From Phyllosticta citribraziliensis (lineage: Eukaryota), in assembly GCF_038025025.1 (NCBI RefSeq), contig NW_027117339.1, positions 1,488,001 to 1,552,000 on the forward strand: a stretch of 64,000 bases of DNA, read 5' to 3'. A model generated the notes under the pieces. That model was not told the DNA's origin. It did not search any database and saw nothing but the letters and a program-made list of their open reading frames with translations. Each line of letters opens with the position of its first letter. The stretch's first letter is position 1. Made by a program: the position numbers and the translations under genes. This document shows, piece after piece, positions 13,126 to 25,436 of this stretch.

Positions 13126-16100
13126 ATGAAGTACGGCGAGACGCTCCGCCAGCGATCAATCCCTCACTGGGGTCCTTGTACGCATTGTTCCATTCAATTC
13201 CTTGCGATTCGCCCATGACGTCGCCGCTAATCGTTCCAGACAACATCGACTACGACGACATCAAGCATCTCATCAAGGAGCACACCACCCCTGGCTCCGG
13301 CAAGGCCCTCGCCATCCCTGGCCAGAGCCACCACCATGACCGCGAGTTCGAGGAGCAGCTCTTCGCCGTGCTTGCCCAAGAGCATCGCCGAATCGATTTG
13401 TTCGTCAGAAGCAAGTCGGGTGAAATCGAGCGTCGCCTGAGTGAGTGCATCCACGCGGGCACCTGCCGCAATTACCTCGACGCTGACCATGCATACCGTA
13501 CACAGATCACATCACCAAGCAGATTGACCAAAACGTGCTCAGAGAACAGGCGTCGGCTTCGGACGACCGCGTATCGGCGCGCCGGCGGCAAAAGTACGGA
13601 CGAATCGAGAGCGACGTTCTAAAGTGAGTTTTTGATTGACATGGTTGGATTGCGTTGAGCCAGGGAGCTAATGCGCATGCAATGTAGGGCTGGCGAAGAG
13701 ATTCGCTCGTTGGCCAGATTCGTCGGCGCGCAGCGGCTCGGGTTCGCCAAGCTGCTCAAGAAATACCGAAAGTGGACTGGCTCCGACTCGCTGGGCTCGC
13801 GTTTCAAACATCAAGTCCTCAGTCAGCCCGGCACCTTTTCTCAGACCGACCTGTCGCCTCTGCTCAACTACTGGACCGACTCGTTGCACGCCGTGCGTGA
13901 CGCTTATCAGGCCGCCGAGAAGCGCGAATCGCCCAGAATCGCCGTCAGCGACATGGATCCTTCCGTAAAGCACCTCGCCGACATTCCCAAAAAGATCCAC
14001 GCTGCTGCCGAGTCCGCCTCCGAAGTCGATCTCGACGCCTCGTTGGCGACGCTGCCCCTCGGCCAATCCGGCGCAAGGGCCTCGTATTGGGTGCACCCCG
14101 AACAGGTTGTTGAGATTCAGGTCTTGCTCCTGCAGACGCTGCGACTCTTCAACGGCAAAGCCCGGCCCTTGTCGCGCGCCTCGCCCTTTGAGACACCAAA
14201 ACGCCGCAATTCCAACGAGCGGCTTGATAGTCTAGCCGACAATGAGCGAACCGACGACTTCGGCGTATTATTCCTCGACGACGCCGAGCGATATGCACGT
14301 CAACGCAGTGCTACGACCGTGGTGGAGACGGAAGAGACCCCTGGCAAGCCCGCTGCAAGGGTCCTCGGGAGGGCGCACTGGAACTCCAGTGGGGAAGCCT
14401 CCATTGTCATCACCAATGAGGATGACGCCAATGCGGGTGCGTCAACATGCGTTGCCAAGATGAAGCGCAAGCACCTCCCCGTCTTTCTGCATCTTGACCG
14501 GCCATTTCACTCCCGCACTCAATCCGGCCTCGAGACCATCTCAGAGACTGACGCTCAGCCCGACGCTGCGGGCTCGACCTCGAGCTCCAGCCCCGTGGAT
14601 GACCTGCGTGCATGGCTGCAGTCACACCGCGAAGTCAGACCAGTAGCAGGATATTGTTCAAAACGGAGCCGCTTTGTTGGTCTGGAAAATGATTCTGAAC
14701 ATGGAACCTGGGCGACGCTCGACACCGACGTCTATATGAAGCCTGGGCTCCTACCCGACCTCGCCGACAGCGAATGGTCCCAGAAAGTCAAAAGCGACAG
14801 CCAGCCTTTCCCTTTTGCAGTCCTCACTGTCCGGACTGAAGGCGCTCAAGCCAACAACATCGTCAAGGCTCTTGACCATAGCCACCTCGTGAGTCGCGTG
14901 ACCAGGAACAAAGCCCTTTTTCTTTTTGCTGACAATCAATAGACTGAGCGCGTCAGGGGCTTTTCCATGGAAGCCCATACCATCTGGACGTGTTGCAAAC
15001 CTTCTCTCATGCAGCCACCGTACTGGGTAAGTCCACTGGACTCGATTGTTGATTTGCATGCTCATCATCATTAGCTGCCCATGCTCGACCGCGATATTCG
15101 CAAATTGCCCGAAAAGGTTCCGCGTCAACACTCTCGCCGCGGTAGCGCTGTTCCCATTGACTCGAGCACGTCGCGTCAAACATCAATCTCCAATTCCTCA
15201 GTCACTGACGGACAGACGAGTCGGTTCATAACCTTGAACAGCGAATCCTCCGCCACATCGTACAGTGACACCGACTCGCCTCAGAAAAAGCACAAAAAGG
15301 CCAACCCGGATGCCATGCGCCAATTTGCTGCCATTCAGTCGGCGGGTGGATCGGCCAATGTCAACTCCCAGGGCTACTGGAACGAGTACGATGACCCAGA
15401 AGATGGCGACGACGCGAACGCATACGTCATTTACGTTGACCCTTTTGCTTCGCCAAAAATACCTGGGCAGGAGACGCTGAGCAAACTCTTTGCCCGCATC
15501 AAGAACAGCTTCCGCGGCCGCCGACCTTCTACCCAGGACTCCCTTCTCTCTGCAAACGCCAATAGCGTGGACGACTCCGACGAAGCCGACCTTTCCCCCA
15601 TCTCGACCCGCGACTACGGTACCCTCCCCACTCCCGCCACTTCCTCCAAGCCTCGTCAGCCTGAACTCAAAACCACGGCAAACTCGTCTTGGAACAAGTC
15701 TGCTGCCAAACTGCTCGACATTTTCCGTCCGTCCTCCAGGGATGCCTCTGCCAACGGGTCATTCCACTGGAACTACCGCCCAAGCTCATCTGATTCTGCG
15801 CGACAGCCGCTCATTGGATCACAGCCCTCGGACTTGCACGAATTGCTCGCCGACCTTGAATTACGTCGCCAGGAGCGCGAAACCACCAAACTTCGCCTTT
15901 GCGCCTTGGCGCTTACGGCGGCCGTTGTCGTTTTGGCAATCACATGGACGCTTGCAGCCACGAGCCGACGCAAGCTGCGGCGAGAAGTGGATGGGGTTGT
16001 GGTTGTAGGAACGGTGGCCAGCTTGGTCTTTACCGGAGTGGGTGTCCTCTGCGCACTATCTAAGAAGCAAAACCCCGGCATCATCTGGAGTGTACTCTTG

Positions 16101-16163
16101 TCGTTGGTCGTTGCAGCCGTGTGCCTCGCAGACGGTGGCCTGCTGGTCTGGCTGTTGAATTAA
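13126..16163 (+). CDS. SPX domain + divergent VTC-like domain + three C-terminal TM helices (Vtc5-like)
   Basis: MKYGETL...YNIDYDDIKHLIK and GFAKLLKKYRK (SPX). ASYWVHPEQVVEIQVLLL resembles the VTC-domain start; FPFAVL...VRGFSME follows. Three hydrophobic segments at the end. Five introns (~13178-13239, 13441-13505, 13624-13688, 14889-14942, 15027-15074). Confidence 0.78.
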
Positions 16164-19100
16164 GTTCCCACGCAAGGAGACGGAATTAATCTCCACAAGC
16201 AGTCCGCCCTCAACGCCTTGTTGAGCGACTTGTCGCACAGCGAAGTCAGACGGAAGTTTGCACTACGGCTGGAAAACCCTCATTGCATTCATCAAATCAA
16301 CTATAGCACTGTACATGTCAGCACAGCACGGCCTCCACCTTGCGTACACATTATACCACAAGCCACACCACCAGCAGTACATGGCTGCGGTGACATGGCA
16401 CAAGCCCACGACGCCAAAAGCGCTTCTTTCCTGTTTTGCCGCGGTACAGCAGAGCACAGCGTCCTGGCCTTCGTCGACCGATCGCCAACTCGTACATTCA
16501 GCTTTTTCTTTTCCGTCTTTTCCCCGTTTCCCTTGCTTGCTCAGACCGTCCGTTTTCAGGCGTTTTATACCACTCGTCGCGTATTACTTTTTGCTTTATC
16601 ATTGCGTCATCCCACCCTGCTCTCTATCCGTGGGATCTTTTGTCTACAGGCCACGATTGGAAGTGCGAGCTCCAGAAGACGTGGAGCGCTGCAACATTGG
16701 TTGCGGAAGTTGTGATTGGATCGGATTGCATTGGGTTGGAGACTGGTATGGGTGCGGGACCAAATGAAAGGAATGGAACGTTCGCGGAGGAGATGCTCTG
16801 CTATCGCAATGTTGGTTACGAAGGAGGAATGAAGGGTTTAGTTTGAAGCGGATCGAGGGCGTGTTAGCAGTAGTAGCAGCAGCGATAGTAATAAAACCAG
16901 CATCTCAACACAATGCTTCCTGAGGCCTCAGTTCGGTGCGTCTCTCACTGAGAAAATGATGCCTTGGGGTTAGCTACCCTGCCCCTGCCCCTGTCAACGC
17001 GGAACTCCCCTCCCGTCCCTTGCCCGCTTTTTACCAGCCGTGCCGATGGGAACTCAACCGTACGGCTCGGGACCCGGCGCGCGTACTTGTCTTCTTCTTC
17101 AACGGCTGGCGATTGACTTGCGGAACGGCAGCAGCAACGATGTGAACGACGGCCAGTGTTGTCGCGATTGACACCTAGGGCAGTAATTCGCGACTCCAAT
17201 CCTCTGGATTGAGCCCATGATGAATGGTTCAATTCAACCATTGTTTGGGTCGATCTCGACAACCATTTCTACGCCTCTGCTGAGAACCGACACACGGGAA
17301 ACCGCAACTCGTTTCGTCTCTCTGAAACATGCTCGCTCGTGCGCTCCTCCTCCAAGGACTTCTCTCCATCAAGCCCCCCACCTAGGGCAGGCAGAGGTCG
17401 ACGGACCTGACACCGGGCGACGGACGGCATGTACCGACCGGCCGGCTGCCCGACGCGCTGGAGACTCTGTTCGGTACAGTATTGCCTCGAAACTAAGTAC
17501 ATACCTCTCCGTTGAGCGGGCAGACGGTGGTCTCGGAGCGGCGGTGTGCGCGGAAAGTTTTACAAAGTAGAATTTGGACGCGCATGTCCTGGTTGCGTCG
17601 TTCAGCGTGAATTGGCCGACTGACCCCTTCTCACCCCCTGATAATCGCGCCAACTTTAATTGACGGCGCGCCAAAGGCGCATTCGGAGTGACTTTGTAAG
17701 TGAAGCTCCCGTCGTCGCCGCCGCCCCGCCCGTCTGCGATGACTGCTTTCGCTGCACTTACACGAAGGCGCGGGTACGAGCTTGAAGCATATGTAGATGA
17801 CCGTGAGACGGAGCCGTCATGGCTGTGTCGACCAGTGACCAAATTTGCGACGAGTTCGCACAAGTCACGACACGAGTGCGATTGCCCACGGTACCAGAGT
17901 CAAGCGCAGGGCTTCCACTCAGCCTTGCCGCGTTCATCTCCACGCGCACGAGGGGTTCGCTGCGGCGCCCAGGAAAAAGCATGCGGCCATCCGCTGTGTT
18001 GCGTTCAGCCTTTACGCCCCACGCACACAGTCACCAAGTGAGTGCGCACCCGACGCAGTCATCGCCAGTATACCGTGCTGTACGTCTTCAGCGGTGCCGA
18101 TGCTGACGCACTGCACGCACCCGGATTGCGAGTTCGGGGAGGAGGAAATGTGGTGTACATCATGTACGTATGTGCTGTGCTCCACACTCGCGGGCAGGTG
18201 GACGGACACCCTCTTGAGGACGTGGGTGTGCAGCATCTACGGCATCTCTGCATGAAGAACTTTTCGTCATCGGAATTTCTGCCTCCCTGCCTGCGTGCAG
18301 ATGCGATGTGTCGTCGAAAAGCAGGCGTACGTCGCAGCGCCATTGGCGCGACGCAAAGCCAATCAAGCCAAACAAAGCAGAAAGCCAAGTCGGCGGCGAT
18401 TGACGAGGGTCAGAGTACCGGGTACGAAGTCCAAGGTTATCGGCGTCTGCAGCGTGACCAACGGGCGGTGGATGGACGTCGTCGTCGTCGTGTGGCTACC
18501 GGTGAGGTGAGTGGAGCTAGAGCCTTTTGGGTTATTGGATGCGGGGTTGGGATGGATGGGATGGGATGGATGGCATTTGATATGGCTGCTCAGGCATGCC
18601 GCCAAGGGTCGACGAGCAGTTCTTTTGGCCTTGCGAGACGAAAGTCTGTTGGTAAGGCGGCTAAGCGGCTGCTCATGTGATAGATTATGATATCGCTAAG
18701 TCTCTCTTGAAGCGGTGAAATCAGGCGAGGATGGCGGCGGTTGGTAGAGGAGGGCGTGTGTACAGACAAGGCGGTGGGTGACCACAAATAGAGAGTAGTT
18801 GCAGTAAAAGTGGTGGTAGCATACAAAGACGAGTTGGAGTTTCAAACGCTCCTCACCATGTCCCTCGTCAATGTTAGAAAGCTCCCAAGTATTCTGACAA
18901 AGTAGTCTTGAATATTCCCGATGCATTGCCTGTTAAACTGCCCCAATGCTCCCAAGCTGCGCTCTCATTGCATTTTGTCAAGCGTGGCCACGACTTCCGT
19001 TTGGTCGGGACCTCGGACGGCGGGGCGCCGGCGGGCGGCAACGACATATTGGGCGGAGCGGGCTTATGTCATCCTTGGCGCGCGGAGCCGTTGGCCCGCC

Positions 19101-19768
19101 GGTCGCTTGAGAGTCGTCCCGACGTACCAACCTCGTCCTTTCACAACCACAACACCTTCGCTACATCGCACCCCATCATCGCTCCATCGCCTTTCATCTC
19201 ATCGCCGGTCACATCATCACTCGTCGCTTCATCTGTCTTTGAAAACAACTCCGCCCGGACGCGTCTTCCGCCTCGCGCCTCGCGCCTTGCCGCCGTCGGC
19301 TCCATTTCGACTCTTCGCTCACAAAGGTTATTGGAGGACACAAGTTGGCATTGTTGGAACACCCATCAGCTCCGGTTTACAGGCGCCAACCACTTTCGAG
19401 TGGTCTTGTGCCGTGCTTGCCCGCCAGGCATTCTCTTCAAGACGCCCGATGCTCACAAGCAGACCAGCTTGCCAGCGTCTACTCACCAAACGTACCTAAC
19501 CCGTACCTTTGGTGAAAGATCTGGGGTCTGTGTGTGTTCAACCTCGCGGTTGGACCCGACTGTGTCTCCGGCGTCTTTGAAGAGGTGTCTCGCTGGTGCG
19601 GGCGTAAACCGCGTTCTGGTTCGGGGTTGGGGCAAGGTTCTGAACTGGGATCAAGCGGTGGATTTCTGTTATTCCGAGGATTCTTGGACAAGTCTTGTTT
19701 CCCGCTTTCAAAGTTCTAGAGATTGCTAATGGTGAAGCGTAGATGTAGCTTCACCAAATTTTATAACG

Positions 19769-21276
19769 ATGGCAACCGTTGATGATTGTTACCTGAAGAC
19801 CTCTACCGCGGCTGTTGATCCTCGACCAGAGTTGAATACTTCGCCCCGATTTCACCTGGAGACCTCAAACGCACCAGTCATCGCTGAATGGTGCTTCCAC
19901 GAAGGATCACCAACCTACCTTGGATGCAAGGTCGGCAATGCGGGAACCAAAGTCATTGCAGATATTCGTCTGAACTCGTCTCGATCAACAGCTTTATTCG
20001 ATATTCGTGTGCCTGTCGAAATGAAAGCCTTTGCGCGCACCACCTACGTCCATATCTTGCTCGACCCAGCCAATATCAAAGGAGTAGCTCGCGCTGAGAG
20101 CATACCGGATTCGATACAAGGTCTCTTCGTGGGCAGCAAGCAGAGCAAAACCGCCGGTCAAGTTATCGGTCTCGAGTTTGATATGACGAAGCCTGGCTCT
20201 TTGCTTGGCCCTGCGACTGCAAGAATCCCCAAAACCAAGAAGGCACGAGAAGGATTCGACGCACTCAAGTCGCTCGCCCAAGTCGCCAAATTCACCCTTT
20301 ACGTCCCTAGCCAGTACATATCCAACAGTCAAGCCCAACAACTCAGCTCCACCTTCACCGAAGGGCCCCACTTTCGTGCGGACTGGCCTGATTTCAAACG
20401 CATGTACGGCGGCAAAGGCGCCATTCTACTCGACTGGGACACTCTCGAGACTACGACAGCAACTGTGCCCGACGACAACACCAGCCCACCGTCTTACGAC
20501 GAGATTGGCCCTGCTCCTCCTGTGCCGCGGGGTGGCAAATCATCTCTTAAAAAGCCACGTGGTAAGCCTCTTCTCTCGATATTGATTGGAGCAATCATCT
20601 CATGCAACTATGAGCAGATTCATCGCCAGAAGCGCATCAAATTAAAAAGAAAGTCAAATTCGCGCACGTGAATACCTCTGGAGACACCGAAGATGACGAG
20701 GAGGAGTGGAAAAGGAGTCTGCAAGAAGAACTGCGGTCCTTGAGGAGCGAGGTCAGGTGTCTGCGGAAAGAGATAAGGCCGTCCTCTGCAGACCAACAAG
20801 CTGCACCCAATCCTCCCTCGGCTGTGCCGAATGTGGAAACACAACAGACCGAGGAACCCACGTCTTTTCCTGCTGAAGCTTCGCAACAACCGCCAAACCC
20901 ATTGGAAACCCGCATAGACACGCTCGAGAACCGCATCAACACGCTGGGCGACCAGCTCTCTCGCCTCATCTCCGACACCGCAAGCGCACAATCTTCAAAC
21001 GCGAAACAGATAGACGACCTCAAGCGACACTTTGATGAACGAATAGCGGCGATCGAATACATGATGGACGTCGAAGTTCACGACGCCCGGCGCGACGCTG
21101 AACTCGGTTTGGAAGAGGCGGAGGGGCGGTGGGAGGAGTGGCGGGTCGAAGCGAAGGCGGAACTGGAGAGCTTTGTGCAGGAAGAGATGGCCGAGGTGGA
21201 GGAGTCGATTAAGCGGAACCTGCGAGAGGCGGGGAGGGTCGGCATGGGAGCGACTGTCTACTTTGACCTTGAATAG
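19769..21276 (+). CDS. Hypothetical protein with PPSY motif and C-terminal coiled coil
   Basis: Removing intron 20562-20617 (GTAAGC...CAG) fuses ORF 19769 in frame with ORF 20668-21276 (KKPR-DSSPEAHQIKKKVKFAHVNTS). E/R-rich heptad-like C-terminus. Confidence 0.7.
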
Positions 21277-21937
21277 CATGCAATGGTTGGATGCTCCCTC
21301 TCTTCGAATTGTCCGCTCGAGGTGCGTGACTGCTATCTGTTTTAAAGCGGAACACTCAATTCCAGCTCTCACTGAGCTGTCTCGTCAATATCCTGATGCG
21401 GGCCGTCTGCTTAGACTTCATTTTGGATGTATGCTCTTGAGACAGTATGTCAACGCCTGACGGCAACTAGGCTGCTCCCTGAGCTGGAAGTCTCGATGAT
21501 ACCTGGCGTTCTTCATGACGCACGAAATCTCCTGGCTAACTGTCTACTAACTTCCTGCCTACCTCCCTACCTCCCCACCAACCGACATATGGCACCGCAA
21601 TCAAACAACATATCGAGCAGTGTTCGACGGCGTCCCACGAAAAAGACAACAATTCTCCTAGCTATCAAAAAGGCAACATCGTACGCGTACAGCAAAACCT
21701 GTGGAGGAAATGCGGCAAGGCCTAGCAGGAGAAAGACGAGAGCCAAATGGGAGAAAGATCCAACAAATTCCAAAGCCTTCCAAGATGCCGCAATGAGGGA
21801 TGCGCAGCCGCTACTGCAAGGACGCGCAGAGCAGAAATCCGCGTCAACGTCTCGAGATTCCTCTTCCCCTGACCGTACGAGAGGTGCAAATGCCCACGCG
21901 GCGGCCGCAACAGCTTCAAGCACTAACGAGAGCGACA

Positions 21938-23362
21938 TCAGAGAAACGCAGCGACGGCCAGGGCGCCCGCGGCAACCAGCGCGCCCGATTGCAGCGTGCC
22001 GGCAACAGCAGCTCCTGTGTACACGGCGCCGGCTGGCGTAGGCGTCGACACGGACGGGGTAGAGATGGGCGTAGAAACGACGATGCTGCTGCTGCTAGCA
22101 CCAGGCGTAGAGATGACAACACCGCCAGCACCAGGTGTAGAAACGACGATGCCGCCAGCGCCAGCGCCAGCACCAGGCGTCGAAACAGCAGCCAACGCAC
22201 TCGAACTAGCAGCACTGATACTGGCAATGCTGCTGCCGGCGCCAGGCGTAGAAACGAAACCACCGCCAGCAACAGGCGTCGAGACAACCGCCAGCGCACT
22301 CGAGCTGGCAGCACTGACACTGGCGCTGGCAATGCTGCTACTGCTGCTACCAGCACACGAGCCCAGTAGTGCAATGCTGTCCGAATCGCCCGACGTATCG
22401 GTCCAGTTATACGCGACAGCCGGATTGTAATTGGTAATCTCGACCTTCTCGACGGCCATGGTCCACGGCATGCCAGCGGCAGCACTGTACGTCGTATTCC
22501 CGCCGGCCCACTCGCGCGTCCAGTAGCCGTTGGAGCTGTCGCCGCCGGCCCAGACGCCCAGCTTGACGGCCATGGGCGTCTGCGGGTAGTTGGCGCCGCC
22601 CAGCGCGGCCGAGCGCGCCAGCGTGCGCACCGCCGTGCCGTCGATGCTCCACGTCAGCGCCGTCGGCGTCCAGTCGATCGTGTAGACGTGCGACGTGTCT
22701 TGCGGCGTGCTGACCGTGTGGTATTCTTCGCGGTCGTAGGTCGTTGTGTTGCCTTTGCCGAAGTAGTTGCTTTCGACTTCGGTGTTTACGCTGCCGAAGA
22801 ACTCCTGGTGGCGGTTGTCAGTTTGTGTTTTGAGACTTTGTTAAGAAGGCGACGGGTGGGAGCCTGTAGTATGTTTTGCTCGGTGGAAAATGGCAAGTGA
22901 CTGGCGACTGCTTCCAGAACAGACACCACGGGAGACTCCTGTTTCTGCTCAAGGACAAGAGAGAAAATACAAACTCACCCAGTCAACCTCATCATAATCC
23001 GCACTCTCCAACACGATACTACTAATGATCCCCTGTCCCGGCGCCGACTTCATCGTGACCTCGACCTTGCCGTACCAGATGTAAAAGTCGGTCGTCATGG
23101 TGGGCGCATCCCCTTGCTTCGCAATGGTGAATTCGGCCCCGGCCGACGTGTAGTCGACCGAGCCGTACGTCATGCGCCAGGAGGTGTTTTGACCGGACGT
23201 GAAGTCCGTCGAGAATGACGTCTTGCAGAGCCCCGGGTTCGGCGTGCAGGGGAATTGCGAACTGTTGGTCGGATTGCAGCTCGTTGCGGCGAAGGCGGCG
23301 CGGGGCAGTAGAAGTGCGGTCGCAGCCGCTGCTGCGGTGGTGGAAACGCGTGATGGGTGCAT
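21938..23362 (-). CDS. GPI-anchored GH16 chitin transglycosylase, Crh1/Crf1 family
   Basis: Signal peptide and CNPT motif. The catalytic DEVDW|EF motif is split by an intron (~22807-22978). NYFGKG, YTIDWTP, YPQTPM..KLGVWAGG, W...WAGG. Ser/Ala/Thr/Gly-rich stalk and hydrophobic GPI signal. Confidence 0.9.
22025..22350 (-). repeat. Coding imperfect repeats in the Crh stalk (VSTPGAG-type units; two SSIAS..SAASSSALA units)
   Basis: Repeated CACCAGGCGTAGA/CGA-type units on the + strand, matching the repeated peptides. Confidence 0.75.
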
Positions 23363-25436
23363 GCTGTTTGTTTGCCTGTCTGTGTTTTGATTGGGATCAG
23401 ACAGGCCGATGGGCGTGGAAGAAAATGGAGTTGTCAGAGGTGGTCGTCCAGAGATGTAGGAGTGGAAGACGGCAAGGTATGCTCAGTGGAAGCAGAGGGG
23501 AAAAGAGAAGACCAAGAAAAAGAGACGAGTGGAGATGATCTGATCTTGAATCAAATCAGCCAAGGAAGCCGAGCGTGGCAGGAAGAAAGAAGAATCAGGA
23601 TATCAAGCGTTTATCCTCAGAGCGAGCGTCGTACAGACCAACTTCCATGGGTCTGGCCCAATCCAGCCCGGTCAATAAGAGCTTCACCGTTGCTTAACAT
23701 GGCAGAGAGAGACAGACCGAGAGACATTGTACCGAGACATGCTGCCACGCAGGCGCAGCAAGTGCACGTAGGTACCTACGTATCCTGTACGTTAGCAGCC
23801 CGCAGCGCTGACGACGACTGAGGGTCATTCTGATCCATTTTGGTCCCGCGGACTTTGGGGAAACCAAAAAGCACACAATTTTGCCATTTCATCTCAATCG
23901 CTTGTTGGCTGCGCAGAGGCGCGATGTGGAAGCAATTGTGGTTGATACCAGCTGCTACTTCGCAGGCGGTGTTCTACGAACAACCAAACAAACAGCCCCA
24001 TCGACGCCGTTGCTGTGTCAATCAGCGCATGGCAAAGTGCGTGGGCTGTGGTGGTGTGGTGTGGCGGGCGGAGAACAAAGGCGTCGTGAGTAAATAGAAT
24101 GGAACAGTCGTCCGTCGCGTGCGACCCTGGTTGTCGTGTTGCTGCGTAGAAAGAGCTGACGCGGACTGTGGAGACAGGGCGGCGGCGCCACCGCCTGGCA
24201 ATAATTGCGCCGAGAGGCGGCTGGTTCTGTCGCTTGACACTTATATTTCTACCGGTCAACAGCAGTTCTTGTCAAAAGGTTTGGGAAGACTGCGCGTGGT
24301 GGTGACGAGGTAGTCAACTTACCCTCCTCCATTCGTCAGGGTCACTCTGCAGGTACCTACATTCCACAAGGCACCTCAAGCATTCCACAACAGTGGAGAA
24401 AATACGGATAACATCCGAATTCTCTCCCTCTTTCCTCTCTCCCCAAATGTTCTGGGACCGGAGCCATTAGCTCATCTCCAGATTCCACTCACCATACCAA
24501 CGGCGTCGGGTCCAACGAACCGATTACATCATGGTCCTTTCGTCATTCCCGGTCCGACCGTCGGTTACTCGCGTCCTGCGCGCGTCGCATGGCATTTGAC
24601 AGGCTCGACAGGGCGTGTGTAGGGAATGCGGGGTGACAGTGACGGCCCACCTCCCCTTGCTTCCCTTCTCTTCGCGTTCCCTCGTCGTCCAGTCGCCGGC
24701 AACGGCACTGAGGAACTGTAGTGCTTGCTCCAGCGCAGGTCCCATGCTACGCAGTGCCACAGCGCCGTACCGGATGCTGCAAGCAGTACTTCTCCGTCCG
24801 TCCGTCCATCCATCCGTCCGCTTTGCTCGATTCGAGCTGTCCAAACGCTTGCTCGGACATACGACGTAAAAGCACTGAGTGCGCTGATATGTCCGAGATG
24901 CGAGCACGCGGGGAGTCTGACGGGTTTTGATTGGCGCGGAAAAGCCGGTGAGAGTGGCGAAAAAGATAGCCATGAGTGGCAGGAGAGGTGTTACTGCTGC
25001 ATGATGACAAGGGACAAAGCACAAATGGGCGAGTTGAGCGCAGGAAAGAAAGCGTGCACGAATTGAAAAGCAAGTAACCATGCAACGCCTTTTCGTCTCT
25101 CTATTCTTTTTGAGCGCTTGGAGTTTGACCACGCGCCATGACTGTACAGTGAAAAGAGGGAGCAGAAATTGGGAACAACGAAAGGAAGAAAACAAAAAGT
25201 GGTATCACGAGAACTACGACCAATCCCAGACCCGACACCATTCATAATCCATCCCAGCAGCAAATCATCCACCATTACGGTCATCAATCAAGATAACTCG
25301 AACGTCCAACAAGTTTTTCAAGTCTCCTCCATATAGCAAAGCGCTACTGTGGCTGTGCTGTGCGTCGCAGACAAATAAATTGTTCGTTCCACTGCACAAC
25401 AGCGGCCACTGAAGGGTCAAAGTACGCGCTTGTGTC

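Noticed and set aside
21427..22430. Plus-strand ORFs (204, 189 and 144 aa) overlapping the Crh gene end
   Set aside because: They are antisense shadows of the repetitive Ser/Ala stalk and 3' UTR, with no independent coding signal.
23400..25400. Short ORFs, including a 223-aa minus-strand ORF, between the Crh gene and the transporter
   Set aside because: Non-ATG starts and low-information composition. The region matches the transporter 3' UTR and the Crh promoter.
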